In this document: positions 27,416-36,695 of the stretch, piece by piece
How positions within the stretch are numbered: position 1 is the stretch's first letter
How the letters are laid out: the number at the start of each line of letters is the position of its first letter
NCBI GenBank assembly: GCA_964631205.1
Contig: CAZVWU010000002.1
Coordinates: 755 to 64,754, forward strand
Origin: an uncultured archaeon
GTDB taxonomy: Archaea > Aenigmatarchaeota > Aenigmatarchaeia > QMZP01 > JACQNV01
Length of the DNA: 64,000 bases
Reading direction: 5' to 3'
Position numbers and translations under genes: made by a program
Notes under the pieces: generated by a model
What the model saw: the letters and a program-made list of their open reading frames with translations, nothing else
Database searches by the model: none
What the model was told of the DNA's origin: nothing

Positions 27416-28270
27416 ATGGCAATCGTGATTGACGGCAAAAAGATCGCAGAAGAAATAAGGGCCGGGTTAAAAAAAGAAATTCTTGAATTAAAAAATGCTG
27501 GGATAAATCCTGCATTACATATTATTCTGGTGGGCAAAAATCCTGCGTCAAAAATCTATGTAAAGGTTAAGGAAAAATATTGCAAAGAGGTTGGGATTGT
27601 CTTTGAGCTGGAAGAGCTTGATGAAACTGTAAAAGAAGAGGAGCTTATTGGCAGAATACTCGCTATTAATTCTGACAAAAAAATAACTGGCATAATAGTT
27701 CAGCTTCCTCTCCCAGAGCACATAAATAAAAACAATGTTCTTGAGGTAGTTGACCCGAAAAAAGACGTTGATGGGCTCACTCCTTATAATCTCGGGAATC
27801 TTGCTCTAGGAGATGAAACGTTTTCTGCTGCAACATCAAAAGGGATTGTTAGGCTCTTGGAAAAATCCGCGATTGAACTTAAAGGAAAACACATTGTCAT
27901 TATAAACAGGAGCTTGAATGTTGGCAAACCTCTTATACAACTTCTATTGAACAGGGATGCGACTGTAACTGTCTGCCATAGCAAGACAAAAAATTTAAAA
28001 GAATTTACAAAAAGCGCTGACGTAATTGTATGCGCTGTTGGAAAGCCGGATTTCCTCAAAAAGGATATGGTAAAAAATGGCTCTATAGTTATTGATGTCG
28101 GACTGACTTACATCGACGGCAAAGGTGTGGGCGATGTTGATTTCAATTCTGTGAAAGAGAAAGCATCCATGATAACCCCTGTTCCCGGCGGTGTTGGGCC
28201 CATGACTGTTGCAATGGTGCTGGAAAACACGGTGATAGCGGCAAAAAAACAAGCTGGGTTAAATCCCTGA
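27416..28270 (+). CDS. folD: bifunctional methylenetetrahydrofolate dehydrogenase/methenyl-THF cyclohydrolase
   Basis: 284 aa beginning MAIVIDGKKIAEEIRAGLKKEI, with VQLPLPEHI, VDGL and VPGGVGPMTVAML motifs. Confidence 0.9.
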   Translation: MAIVIDGKKIAEEIRAGLKKEILELKNAGINPALHIILVGKNPASKIYVKVKEKYCKEVGIVFELEELDETVKEEELIGRILAINSDKKITGIIVQLPLPEHINKNNVLEVVDPKKDVDGLTPYNLGNLALGDETFSAATSKGIVRLLEKSAIELKGKHIVIINRSLNVGKPLIQLLLNRDATVTVCHSKTKNLKEFTKSADVIVCAVGKPDFLKKDMVKNGSIVIDVGLTYIDGKGVGDVDFNSVKEKASMITPVPGGVGPMTVAMVLENTVIAAKKQAGLNP

Positions 28271-29011
28271 ACCACCTTTTTTCCAATTGACAGAGTTTAC
28301 CAGCGGCGAATATATGTCTGTTGCTTTATCTATCGCCAGTGCGTCTGGGTTTTTTGTGTCCAAATCGACAAAATTTATAAAATCTGTGTCCTCAACAATT
28401 GCCATTGGCGTCTGCTCGTTGCCTTCCCCCATTAACAGCACTGCAGCGGCAGCTATTGCGTCTGCTATGTTTGCCTGAGAGATTTTCATTTCCCTGCCAA
28501 AAATGTCCTTTGATCCCCTATAATCGCGTAGCGGGTTAAACCCATAATAGGAGACTGCTATGCCTGTAACGCCCCATCTAAGGGGCATTGTGTGGCTGTC
28601 GGTGATTATCACACCGAGGTTTTGCAGACTGAATTTCGATTTAAGAAATTTTTGAATCTGTTTTGCCACATCGAATGGCTTTGAGGGCCAGAGTATATAA
28701 TATCCGTTCCCATTGCTTTCATCTATTCCTGCTGTCGGGATAAGTATATTGTTCTTTATTGTCAGCATCACATATTTGTTCGGGACTTCTTCCCTGTCAA
28801 GATACATATATGACTCTTTCTTTACCAGCTCATCCTTTTCAACAGAGCCGATTTTTATGCATCTGCCCTGTGAGATTGCAACCACTTTTGATGTCACAAC
28901 AAATATAGATTTCTCTTTTAGTTTCCTTCCTGAAAGGCCTTCATTTATCAAGGCTAGCAAGTCGCCTTTTGGCGGAAGGAATATCTTTGTTTTAAGCGGG
29001 GTTATAATCAT
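28259..29011 (-). CDS. CofE-like (F420-0:gamma-glutamyl ligase family) protein
   Basis: IITPLKTKIFLPPKGDLLALI...VVTSKVVAISQGR resembles the CofE/FbiB N-terminal domain. Confidence 0.45.
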   Translation of the reverse strand: MIITPLKTKIFLPPKGDLLALINEGLSGRKLKEKSIFVVTSKVVAISQGRCIKIGSVEKDELVKKESYMYLDREEVPNKYVMLTIKNNILIPTAGIDESNGNGYYILWPSKPFDVAKQIQKFLKSKFSLQNLGVIITDSHTMPLRWGVTGIAVSYYGFNPLRDYRGSKDIFGREMKISQANIADAIAAAAVLLMGEGNEQTPMAIVEDTDFINFVDLDTKNPDALAIDKATDIYSPLVNSVNWKKGGSGI

Positions 29012-29012
29012 A

Positions 29013-29894
29013 CTATTCTACAATAGCCTCCTGTATTTCTATATGCCCGCCATCGATGCATTTCAGGATTAAGTTTTGTTCCAGTAGTTTTTTGGCTTGA
29101 TCTTTGTTTATGTTTTTTAATTCCATAACAGATAAAATATTCCCTTGTTCTTTCACTGCAGTAATCTCGACTCTCTTGAAAAATATTTTTCCATCGGCGA
29201 TTTTTGTGTAGGCGTTTGGGTAAGGATCCTCAAGAGAGCATATGAAATTAAAGAGCTGGGTTGAGCCCATTTTCCTTAGTTTTTCTTCTGTGAGCTCGCT
29301 TTCTGATTTTTTCCTTCTTTTGTATACGGTTGCTTGTGATTCATTTTGCTGAATAGGCTTTAACTTACCATCAGCAAGTTCATCCAGCATCTCAATTGTT
29401 GCATTTAGCCCTACATCGCCAATCCGATGGATTATGTCTTTAAGGTGGCCTTCCAGGGAAAGCGGCTTTTGTTTGTAAACAGGCCCGTCGTCCAGTTTTT
29501 CTGTCATCTGGAAGAGTGAAACCATCGATTCTGTCTCGCCGTTGATTATCTGATGCTGTATAGGGGACCCTCCCCTGTATTTTGGCAGCGGTGATGGATG
29601 GAGGCAGATGCATATTTTTGTTTTCACTATCTCAGCTGGGACAATCCATGACCAGCCATAAAAAAGGAGGATATCAAATCCATCAAAAAAAGCTTCTGAA
29701 TATATTTCTAACAGTTCTTTTGGATCAATTATTTTTGTCTGGATCCTGAGCCTGTCTATGGGATATCTTGGAAATAAAATTTCAGGCGTTGTGACTATCT
29801 GGTCTATGTTCCATTTCTTGTTTTTTATGGCTAAAAGCTCCTTTGCAATAAAGTACGCCCAATCCCGTCCGTCACTTAGAAAAGCAATTTTCAT
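29013..29894 (-). CDS. formyltransferase family protein (Fmt-like; likely sugar N-formyltransferase) with extra C-terminal domain
   Basis: ILLFYGWSWIVPAEIV...CLHPSPLPKYRGGSPIQHQI is the Formyl_trans_N HxSLLPxxRG signature. Start is set at MKIAFLSDG. Confidence 0.65.
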   Translation of the reverse strand: MKIAFLSDGRDWAYFIAKELLAIKNKKWNIDQIVTTPEILFPRYPIDRLRIQTKIIDPKELLEIYSEAFFDGFDILLFYGWSWIVPAEIVKTKICICLHPSPLPKYRGGSPIQHQIINGETESMVSLFQMTEKLDDGPVYKQKPLSLEGHLKDIIHRIGDVGLNATIEMLDELADGKLKPIQQNESQATVYKRRKKSESELTEEKLRKMGSTQLFNFICSLEDPYPNAYTKIADGKIFFKRVEITAVKEQGNILSVMELKNINKDQAKKLLEQNLILKCIDGGHIEIQEAIVE

Positions 29895-29907
29895 GTTTGC
29901 CTCCTCC

Positions 29908-30597
29908 TTATATAAAAAGCCTATGACATTTGAACCCCTCAGCTGCATGCGAACCGATTTCCTTTCCCCTTATCTCTGCCCATCGCCTGAGGTTTTCAGC
30001 GCTCCTTGGAAAGGGGTCTGGCCTGTCTTGGCTTTCATGTAATTTCATTGCCTTGATTTTGTTTTGCAGGATTTCTTCTGTGAGCTCGACATAGAAATTC
30101 GGCTTGAAAGCATTTTCTGAAACAGACCAGAGGTAAGGCTCGTCATATTCCAAAACAATTTGCGGCATGTGCCTGACATTTTTTGGCACTGGCCTTAGCG
30201 CAGTTATGCAGGCTGTGAAAACTGCGCGATGGTCCTGATTGTAACTATCCCTGTAAGGTATGCATATTATATCTGGCCTGAATTCCTGTATTATATCTTC
30301 TATCGGGTCGATCATGTCCTTTTGCAAAACCTTGTCCAGCCTTACAAATTCGTCCCCAACAAAAAGGAATTTGTATTTGGAATTGCAGAACTTGGCTACA
30401 TTTGCGGCCTCAGTCATCCTTATATTCTCATTGGTCGATCCTGTCACAAGCTGCCTTGTCTTCCCTACACAGATGTAGAATACAAAAACCTCTGCGCCCT
30501 CCTTTTTGCAGCGGCTAATAAGGCCGCCGCAGCTTATTATTTCATCATCCGGATGCGGTGATATTATCAAAACTTTTTTCCCATTGAAAGAAAACAT
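29908..30597 (-). CDS. PIG-L/LmbE family N-acetyl-sugar deacetylase
   Basis: VLIISPHPDDEIISCGG motif. Confidence 0.8.
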   Translation of the reverse strand: MFSFNGKKVLIISPHPDDEIISCGGLISRCKKEGAEVFVFYICVGKTRQLVTGSTNENIRMTEAANVAKFCNSKYKFLFVGDEFVRLDKVLQKDMIDPIEDIIQEFRPDIICIPYRDSYNQDHRAVFTACITALRPVPKNVRHMPQIVLEYDEPYLWSVSENAFKPNFYVELTEEILQNKIKAMKLHESQDRPDPFPRSAENLRRWAEIRGKEIGSHAAEGFKCHRLFI

Positions 30598-30599
30598 AA

Positions 30600-31496
30600 T
30601 TATTCCTTATCTGTTTCAATTGCATTTTTAAACGCTTCCAGAGACGCTTTCACTGTCGGCAATTTAAAGGTTTTCCCTGCTTTTGAAACATCAAGGGAAG
30701 TGTCTTTTGGACGTTTTGCCTTCCAGCCAAACTTGTTTATTAAGTCCTGAAGCTTAACTTGTTTTATTAGATTTTTATCTAATCCAAAAATAACAGAAAC
30801 AAGTGAAGCAAACTGATATCTATTTACTTTATCTAAACAGGCTATATTCCAAACACCGGCCTGATTTTTCCCTATTAATTCAAAAATATAACCAGAAAGC
30901 TGGTCTGCAAATATTGGGTTGTAAATCTGGTCTGTTGCTGTGAGTATTTCTTTTCCTGATCGTAAGCTGGATATGACCCAAGACGCAAAGCTTTGTTTTG
31001 TTGGCAAGGGGTCTATTCCATAAATGTTTGTCCTTATAACAAGGTTATTTGTATATTTTAAGACAGCTTCTTCGCCCATTAATTTTGTTTTTCCATACAC
31101 ATTCAAAGGGTTCGGCATATCTTCTTCATTATAATTTCCTTTTTCCCCGTCAAACACAAAATCAGTTGAGATGTAAATAACTTTAGCTTTCAAAGAATCA
31201 GCTTCTTTTGAAATGATTTCTGTTGCAAAAGAGTTTATGGAAAATGCTTCCTTTGGGTTTTTCTCACACCATTCGATATCTGTTGCGGCAGCTGCATGGA
31301 TTATTATTTGAGGCTTTGTTTTTTTTAAAACTTCTTTTATTTCTCTGGGATCTGAAAGATCCATTTTTATAGAACTAATTTTTTTGTTTTGCGGGGCATT
31401 TTTAACATATGTTATTGTTGTATTGTAGGTTTCTGGTAAAGACCGTGTTAAAGAAGTTCCTAAAAGGCCTGTTCCGCCTGTAAGAAGCAATTTCAT
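30600..31496 (-). CDS. dTDP-4-dehydrorhamnose reductase-like SDR (RmlD substrate-binding family)
   Basis: MKLLLTGGTGLLGTSL, 298 aa, RmlD-like length and motifs. Confidence 0.6.
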   Translation of the reverse strand: MKLLLTGGTGLLGTSLTRSLPETYNTTITYVKNAPQNKKISSIKMDLSDPREIKEVLKKTKPQIIIHAAAATDIEWCEKNPKEAFSINSFATEIISKEADSLKAKVIYISTDFVFDGEKGNYNEEDMPNPLNVYGKTKLMGEEAVLKYTNNLVIRTNIYGIDPLPTKQSFASWVISSLRSGKEILTATDQIYNPIFADQLSGYIFELIGKNQAGVWNIACLDKVNRYQFASLVSVIFGLDKNLIKQVKLQDLINKFGWKAKRPKDTSLDVSKAGKTFKLPTVKASLEAFKNAIETDKE

Positions 31497-32524
31497 ATCA
31501 AATAAAGCTGGTGTTGGATGTCACCCTCCAAATGGATCTCACCGCCGACCTTCAGGATTTCGAGTATAGCCTCTTTTGAAAGAGGTGGGTATGTGTTGGA
31601 TCCATATTCATTTATTGGGGTCTTTATGTCTGGTTTTTCAACAACACCGTGCTTATAGACTATGTAATGATGATCGGTCTCCTTTACCCTTCGCATCTCC
31701 TCTTCAGAAACAAGAAGCTCGTGTATTTTCTCGCCGGGCCTGATGCCCACTATCTGTGTCGGGTAGTCTGGCTTGTTGGCAAAAGCCTCGCCCATCACGC
31801 TTGCCAGGTCTACTATCCTGCAGGCCGGCATTTTCTTTACAAAAAGCTCCCCGCTCTTGCCATGCTTTGTGGCATGGAAGACCAGCCCGATTGCCTGCTC
31901 CAATGTAAGTAGGTACCTTGTCATTTCTGGATGGGTTATTGGCAAGGGTTTTTTCTGGAGTATCCTCTCCTTAAAAAAAGGCACAACGCTTCCCCTGCTT
32001 GAAAGCACGTTTCCATATCTTACACAAATAAAGTCTGTGCTGCTATCCGTGTCGTCCAGCATTACTTTTTCCTGTAGGGCCTTTGTCATGCCCATCACAT
32101 TTACAGGCTTGACTGCCTTGTCTGTGCTTATGGCAATAACCTTTTCCACGTTGTTCGCCATTGCAGCAATTTTTACATTGTGTGCCCCAAGAACATTTGT
32201 CTTGACAGCTTCCATTGGGAAGGATTCGTATCCTGGCACGTGTTTGTAGGCAGCTGCATGGAAGATTATGTCCACATTTTTGAAAGACTGGTTAAGCTTT
32301 TCCTGATCCCTTACATCACCTATGATAAACTTCAGCTTGTCTCCATAATCCTCAAGCCTATTTTTCATGTGGTACTGCTTGTTTTCATCCCTGCTGAATA
32401 TGATCACTTTAGCTGGATCTGTCTGGAGCAGGCTGCCAACTATCGTATTGCCAAAGCTGCCTGTCCCTCCTGTTATAAGAACCCGCTTTCCCTGGAATAT
32501 ATCATGAAACATAAAATACCTCAA
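31493..32524 (-). CDS. UDP-N-acetylglucosamine 4,6-dehydratase-like (CapD/PseB/FlaA1 family)
   Basis: KRVLITGGTGSFGNTIV and a DVRD motif. Polysacc_synt_2-like. Confidence 0.7.
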   Translation of the reverse strand: MRYFMFHDIFQGKRVLITGGTGSFGNTIVGSLLQTDPAKVIIFSRDENKQYHMKNRLEDYGDKLKFIIGDVRDQEKLNQSFKNVDIIFHAAAYKHVPGYESFPMEAVKTNVLGAHNVKIAAMANNVEKVIAISTDKAVKPVNVMGMTKALQEKVMLDDTDSSTDFICVRYGNVLSSRGSVVPFFKERILQKKPLPITHPEMTRYLLTLEQAIGLVFHATKHGKSGELFVKKMPACRIVDLASVMGEAFANKPDYPTQIVGIRPGEKIHELLVSEEEMRRVKETDHHYIVYKHGVVEKPDIKTPINEYGSNTYPPLSKEAILEILKVGGEIHLEGDIQHQLYLI

Positions 32525-32658
32525 TACAGGATTATGTAAATGTGCGTATCAGAACCTCTAAATGCATGTCCGTTAGTCTATAAGATCGAAACGACTCTTT
32601 TAAAGCTTGCCCCATATTTTGGTGTATCAATATATCAGGGCAGGAGCAAATACACGCT

Positions 32659-33672
32659 ATGTTTCCAAAAGTCTCAATAGTAGTAGTGAACTACAATGGG
32701 GAACAGTGGCTCAGGAAATGCTTCCACACAATTGCGGCCCAGAAGTACAGAGGCAGCCTTCAGATAATTCTTGTAGATAACAATTCTTCTGACATGTCAA
32801 GGGAATTTGCCAAAAAAAAATATAAAAATGCTGTTGTCGTGAATTCTGGTGGAAACCTTGGCTATTCGGGGGGAGCAAATTTTGGTTGCAGATATGCAAA
32901 AGGCGAGTATGTAGCGTTGATGGCGAATGACATGTTTTTCCCGCAGGATTGGATACAGAAGATGGTTGACTTCATGGAGAAGGACAAAGACCTTGCCGCT
33001 TCCACTGCAATAATGGTGAATGGGGAAGACGTAAGCCTTTCTGAAGGGGAGCTTTTGAACGCGTCGCCTGTATTGGTTGGCAGGGCAGACACAAAAGGAA
33101 CAGGCGAAACTGTTGTCCCATGGGGCGGCGCCTGCATTTTCAGAAGAAACCTTTTCCCGCAGCCTTTCGATTCTGAATATTTTTTGTATGGTGAAGATAT
33201 TTATCTTGGCTTGATGTCCTGGCTCAGGGGGTATAAAGTGAAATCAAATCCTGTAAAGGTTGCACATCTTGGCTCTGTAACCGTAGGCTTTTTCAGCAGG
33301 ACGCAAGTCTATTATAATGAAAGGAATAGGCTTGCGAACCTTCTGGTTTTTTTTAAATTTAAGACGCTTCTTATGCTTGCCCCGCTTATTGTTTCAGATG
33401 CTGCCTTGAAATTGCTATATTTCTTGAAAGCAAAAAGGGCTGACCTTGCAAAAGCTGAAATTTCAGCTTTGTCATGGAATTTGAAAGATTTAAAAAAGAA
33501 CTTAAGAAAAAGACATTATGTCCAGCGGCAGAGAAAGGTCGCTGATTATAAAATATTCGAAGTGCTTTGCGAGAATATGTATGGGGAGGGAAGAGTAAAA
33601 AATATCCTAAACCTGCCTGCGATTGGGTATTTTAGGTTTTTGAAATGTTTGTGGAGGCTTTTTAAAATCTAA
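32659..33672 (+). CDS. GT2 glycosyltransferase
   Basis: VSIVVVNYNGEQWLRKCFHTIAAQ ... ILVDNNSSD. Confidence 0.75.
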   Translation: MFPKVSIVVVNYNGEQWLRKCFHTIAAQKYRGSLQIILVDNNSSDMSREFAKKKYKNAVVVNSGGNLGYSGGANFGCRYAKGEYVALMANDMFFPQDWIQKMVDFMEKDKDLAASTAIMVNGEDVSLSEGELLNASPVLVGRADTKGTGETVVPWGGACIFRRNLFPQPFDSEYFLYGEDIYLGLMSWLRGYKVKSNPVKVAHLGSVTVGFFSRTQVYYNERNRLANLLVFFKFKTLLMLAPLIVSDAALKLLYFLKAKRADLAKAEISALSWNLKDLKKNLRKRHYVQRQRKVADYKIFEVLCENMYGEGRVKNILNLPAIGYFRFLKCLWRLFKI

Positions 33673-33673
33673 T

Positions 33674-34525
33674 TCAGGTTTTTCTGGATTTAAGGAAAAT
33701 TATATAGCCCTGAAAGCCAAGCTTTAGGAAAACATTGTCAATTTTTATAAGCTTTCTTATGGCAGGCAGAAATTTTTTGTAGGTTGCCAGGCTTTTTTTG
33801 TCAGGCCTGTTGAACCAGTCTATATCATCAAGAGTTTTCTTTTTGACTGCAAAAATGTATGTTATATCATCCATTAGTTTGACTATGGAAAAACCGCAGT
33901 AATCTGTCTTTTCATTTTTAAAGCCTGCTGACTCGAGCTCTTTCTTAAGTTTGCCTGGTGAAAATCCCCCATAATAATGGCCGTAAGGGTAAAGGAATAA
34001 CGGATTACTTGTCATCTTTCCGATAATCCAAGATAATGAAGGAGATGGGATTGGCCCTATTGCAGGAAAATTTATTATCCTGTTTGGCGTAGTCAATATA
34101 AAAGCTGCCATCTTTTTTGAAACTCTTGAAATTTCCAAAAGGTATTTTTTGAAGTCTTTTATATGCTCTATAACTTCCGATGACAATACCTGCTCAAATA
34201 CGGAATTTTTGAACGGCAGAGCCGTGCCATCAGCAACAACAAAAAGGCAACTTGGCGCAACTCTTTTTGCTATTTTTATTGCATCTTTCCTTATTTCGAT
34301 CCCTATTGTCGTTTTGCTTTTTTTTGCAACCTCAGATGTGAGCACCCCTATGCTACAGCCAATGTCAAGGCTGAGGTTGGCATTTTCCAAACCGTCCTGT
34401 ATTTTTTCAAACCGTACAATTGCGCTTGGGACGTATTTTTTTATAAAAACCTTATCAGCTAATCCGGTTTCCATAAATGGATTTTTATTTAGGCATATAT
34501 TTATATTCCATCGTGTTAAGACCAA
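33674..34525 (-). CDS. class I SAM-dependent methyltransferase
   Basis: LDIGCSIGVLTSEVA motif I and a FVVADGTALPF region. Confidence 0.65.
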   Translation of the reverse strand: MVLTRWNINICLNKNPFMETGLADKVFIKKYVPSAIVRFEKIQDGLENANLSLDIGCSIGVLTSEVAKKSKTTIGIEIRKDAIKIAKRVAPSCLFVVADGTALPFKNSVFEQVLSSEVIEHIKDFKKYLLEISRVSKKMAAFILTTPNRIINFPAIGPIPSPSLSWIIGKMTSNPLFLYPYGHYYGGFSPGKLKKELESAGFKNEKTDYCGFSIVKLMDDITYIFAVKKKTLDDIDWFNRPDKKSLATYKKFLPAIRKLIKIDNVFLKLGFQGYIIFLKSRKT

Positions 34526-34541
34526 CGCAGAGCTTATCGAT

Positions 34542-35129
34542 ATGGCAAGACTAAAAATTGAATATTATCCGGCGAGATGCGTCGGCAACAAGCAATGCAT
34601 TAAAAACGACCCCAAATCATTTGGGTTTGATAAAGGAAAGGCTCTGCTGAAAGGTTCAGTTAGGGACGGCCGAAAATTTGTGCTGGTGAAAGAGCTCTCT
34701 GATGGAGACTCGGAAAAGACAATAAATGCTGCAAAATCGTGCCCTGTAAATGCGATAAATGTGACAGATCTTGCCACAGGTAAAACAGTTGTGAGTTCTT
34801 CAGTCTCTGTGGCCAGTGGTTTCAAGGAAATAAAAGCTTCATACAGAGATGAGAAAGAATTTGTTCTGGACCCCAAAGGCTATTTTTTGATAAGAGTTGA
34901 TCGCGGGAAGGGCTGCATAGAAGTGGGATTTTGCAGGAGCAGAAATATAGTTGAGGTAACGGTAACAGGGAAAAAGGCTTTGGATATTTATATGACAATT
35001 TTAAGGGAGAACCTTATCGACAGGCCTGACCATGCTGCCTATCTGGGGAGGGAGCTTGCAAAAGCGGAACTTGCATTGAAATACTGTTTGGAATATGTTC
35101 AGGATAATGAGCTTATTTTGAAAAAATAA
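34542..35129 (+). CDS. ferredoxin-like Cys-rich N-terminal domain protein with uncharacterised C-terminal domain
   Basis: MARLKIEYYPARCVGNKQCIKNDPKSFGFD...CPVNAI looks like a single 4Fe-4S-type Cys cluster. The start is internal to ORF 34149..35129, whose 5' part is an antisense shadow. Confidence 0.45.
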   Translation: MARLKIEYYPARCVGNKQCIKNDPKSFGFDKGKALLKGSVRDGRKFVLVKELSDGDSEKTINAAKSCPVNAINVTDLATGKTVVSSSVSVASGFKEIKASYRDEKEFVLDPKGYFLIRVDRGKGCIEVGFCRSRNIVEVTVTGKKALDIYMTILRENLIDRPDHAAYLGRELAKAELALKYCLEYVQDNELILKK

Positions 35130-35141
35130 AGAGATGTCTTG

Positions 35142-36656
35142 TTATTTTCCCAGCTTTGGGTTTGAGAGGTTAAACCCCTTTTTCATGAAGCTTTTTGCAG
35201 TGAGCTTTCCCATTCTAAGGAGGAATCCAGGATTTGTATATATTATTTGGGCCAGCCTTAAGATGAAGCATCTGTCTATCATTCCAAAAATATCCTTTAT
35301 TTTTTCTGCATTTTCCTCGCAGGCTTTTTCCACTATTCTTCTGCAGTCTATAAGATCGTCTTGTGTCAGATCCTCATGCCTTATCCCGACTGTGGAGGAA
35401 AGTATATGATCATATTTGCTCCAGTCTCTGCTGACAAGCAGATTGTTTTTGGTTGCATATTCGTAAAGGTATGTTCCTGGGTATGGGGTTGAAATTGAAA
35501 CATTCCAGCTAAAGGGTTTTATTGTTTTTATCAGGTTTATTGTTTCCTGTACAGTTTCTTTTGATTCTCCAAGATTGCCAACCATTAAATAAGCATGTGT
35601 CAGTATGCCCAGCTCCTTGCAATTTTTAAAGACGTCAACTGCCTGCTGGACGGTTGCCATTTTGTTCACATTGTCCAGGATTTTCTGGCTTCCGGATTCA
35701 ACTCCAAAAGCCACAAATATGCATCCTGCCCGTTTCATCCACTCAAGAGTCCTTCTCGAAAGGTTTACCCTTGTCTGGCACCTCCAGAAAATCGGTATCT
35801 TCCTAGTTATAATTTCCTGGCAAATTTCAACAACCCTCTCCTGATGGAAAGCAAAGGTGTCGTCAGTGAAAACAAAGCTGTCCAGCTTGAATTTTTTTAC
35901 TAAGTATTCTATCGTGTCAACAACTTTTTTTGGCGACTGGTATCTTACCTTAGGCCCAAAAAGGCTGACAAGTATTGGCTGGCAGAAAGTGCACCTGTAA
36001 GGGCAGCCGCGGCTTGTATACACTGACATCTCCCTGTAGCCTTTGAGCGCGAAATACTTGTCCATCGGAAAATCGCCTGGGTCTGGAATGGGGAGGTCAT
36101 CAAGGTTTTCTATGAATGGCCTGTCAGCTGTTTTAATTATTTTTCCATGGGCATCCCTGTAGATCACGCCGAGCAGCTTTGAAAAATCCCCATTTGCCTC
36201 TATCGTCTTTATGATGTCTACAATTCCTATTTCGCTTTCCCCGAGAGCTACAAGGTCCATATCGAGTTCCTCAAGTGTCTTTTCCCTGCTTGCTGAAGGG
36301 TGAGGCCCGCCGCCTATTATAAAAGAGGCAGGGTCGCGCTGCCTTATTATTGAGATCATCTGCTTCACCTGGTTGAACAATGCTGTCGGGAACGAGATAA
36401 GGTAAATCCCGCCTGATATGCTTGAATTTTTCAGCTGAGACATCCCCGGATCAAAAAGAATATCCATCACGCGTGTTCTGTAGCCTGCATTCTTAAGCGA
36501 AGAGTTTATGTATGTCAACCCCAGAGGAGGGGCAAGGGAGCTCTGCTTTTCTATCTCAGCAGGCCATATTATAACAATTTCTTTTTTTCCAGATATTGCT
36601 GTTGGCTGAGTTTTCAGGCTCAAATGACCTATGGGTTTTTCAAGAGACGTTTCCAT
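35142..36656 (-). CDS. B12-binding domain radical SAM protein (second copy)
   Basis: YTSRGCPYRCTFC CxxxCxxC motif with an N-terminal cobalamin-binding-like region. Confidence 0.7.
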   Translation of the reverse strand: METSLEKPIGHLSLKTQPTAISGKKEIVIIWPAEIEKQSSLAPPLGLTYINSSLKNAGYRTRVMDILFDPGMSQLKNSSISGGIYLISFPTALFNQVKQMISIIRQRDPASFIIGGGPHPSASREKTLEELDMDLVALGESEIGIVDIIKTIEANGDFSKLLGVIYRDAHGKIIKTADRPFIENLDDLPIPDPGDFPMDKYFALKGYREMSVYTSRGCPYRCTFCQPILVSLFGPKVRYQSPKKVVDTIEYLVKKFKLDSFVFTDDTFAFHQERVVEICQEIITRKIPIFWRCQTRVNLSRRTLEWMKRAGCIFVAFGVESGSQKILDNVNKMATVQQAVDVFKNCKELGILTHAYLMVGNLGESKETVQETINLIKTIKPFSWNVSISTPYPGTYLYEYATKNNLLVSRDWSKYDHILSSTVGIRHEDLTQDDLIDCRRIVEKACEENAEKIKDIFGMIDRCFILRLAQIIYTNPGFLLRMGKLTAKSFMKKGFNLSNPKLGK

Positions 36657-36695
36657 AATATTTTATTTCTCCTTGGATTAATAAACAGATTAAGC

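Noticed and set aside
34149-34541. 5' extension of ORF 34149..35129
   Set aside because: This portion is antisense to the methyltransferase 33674..34525. The plausible gene begins at the internal ATG 34542 (MARLKIEYY).
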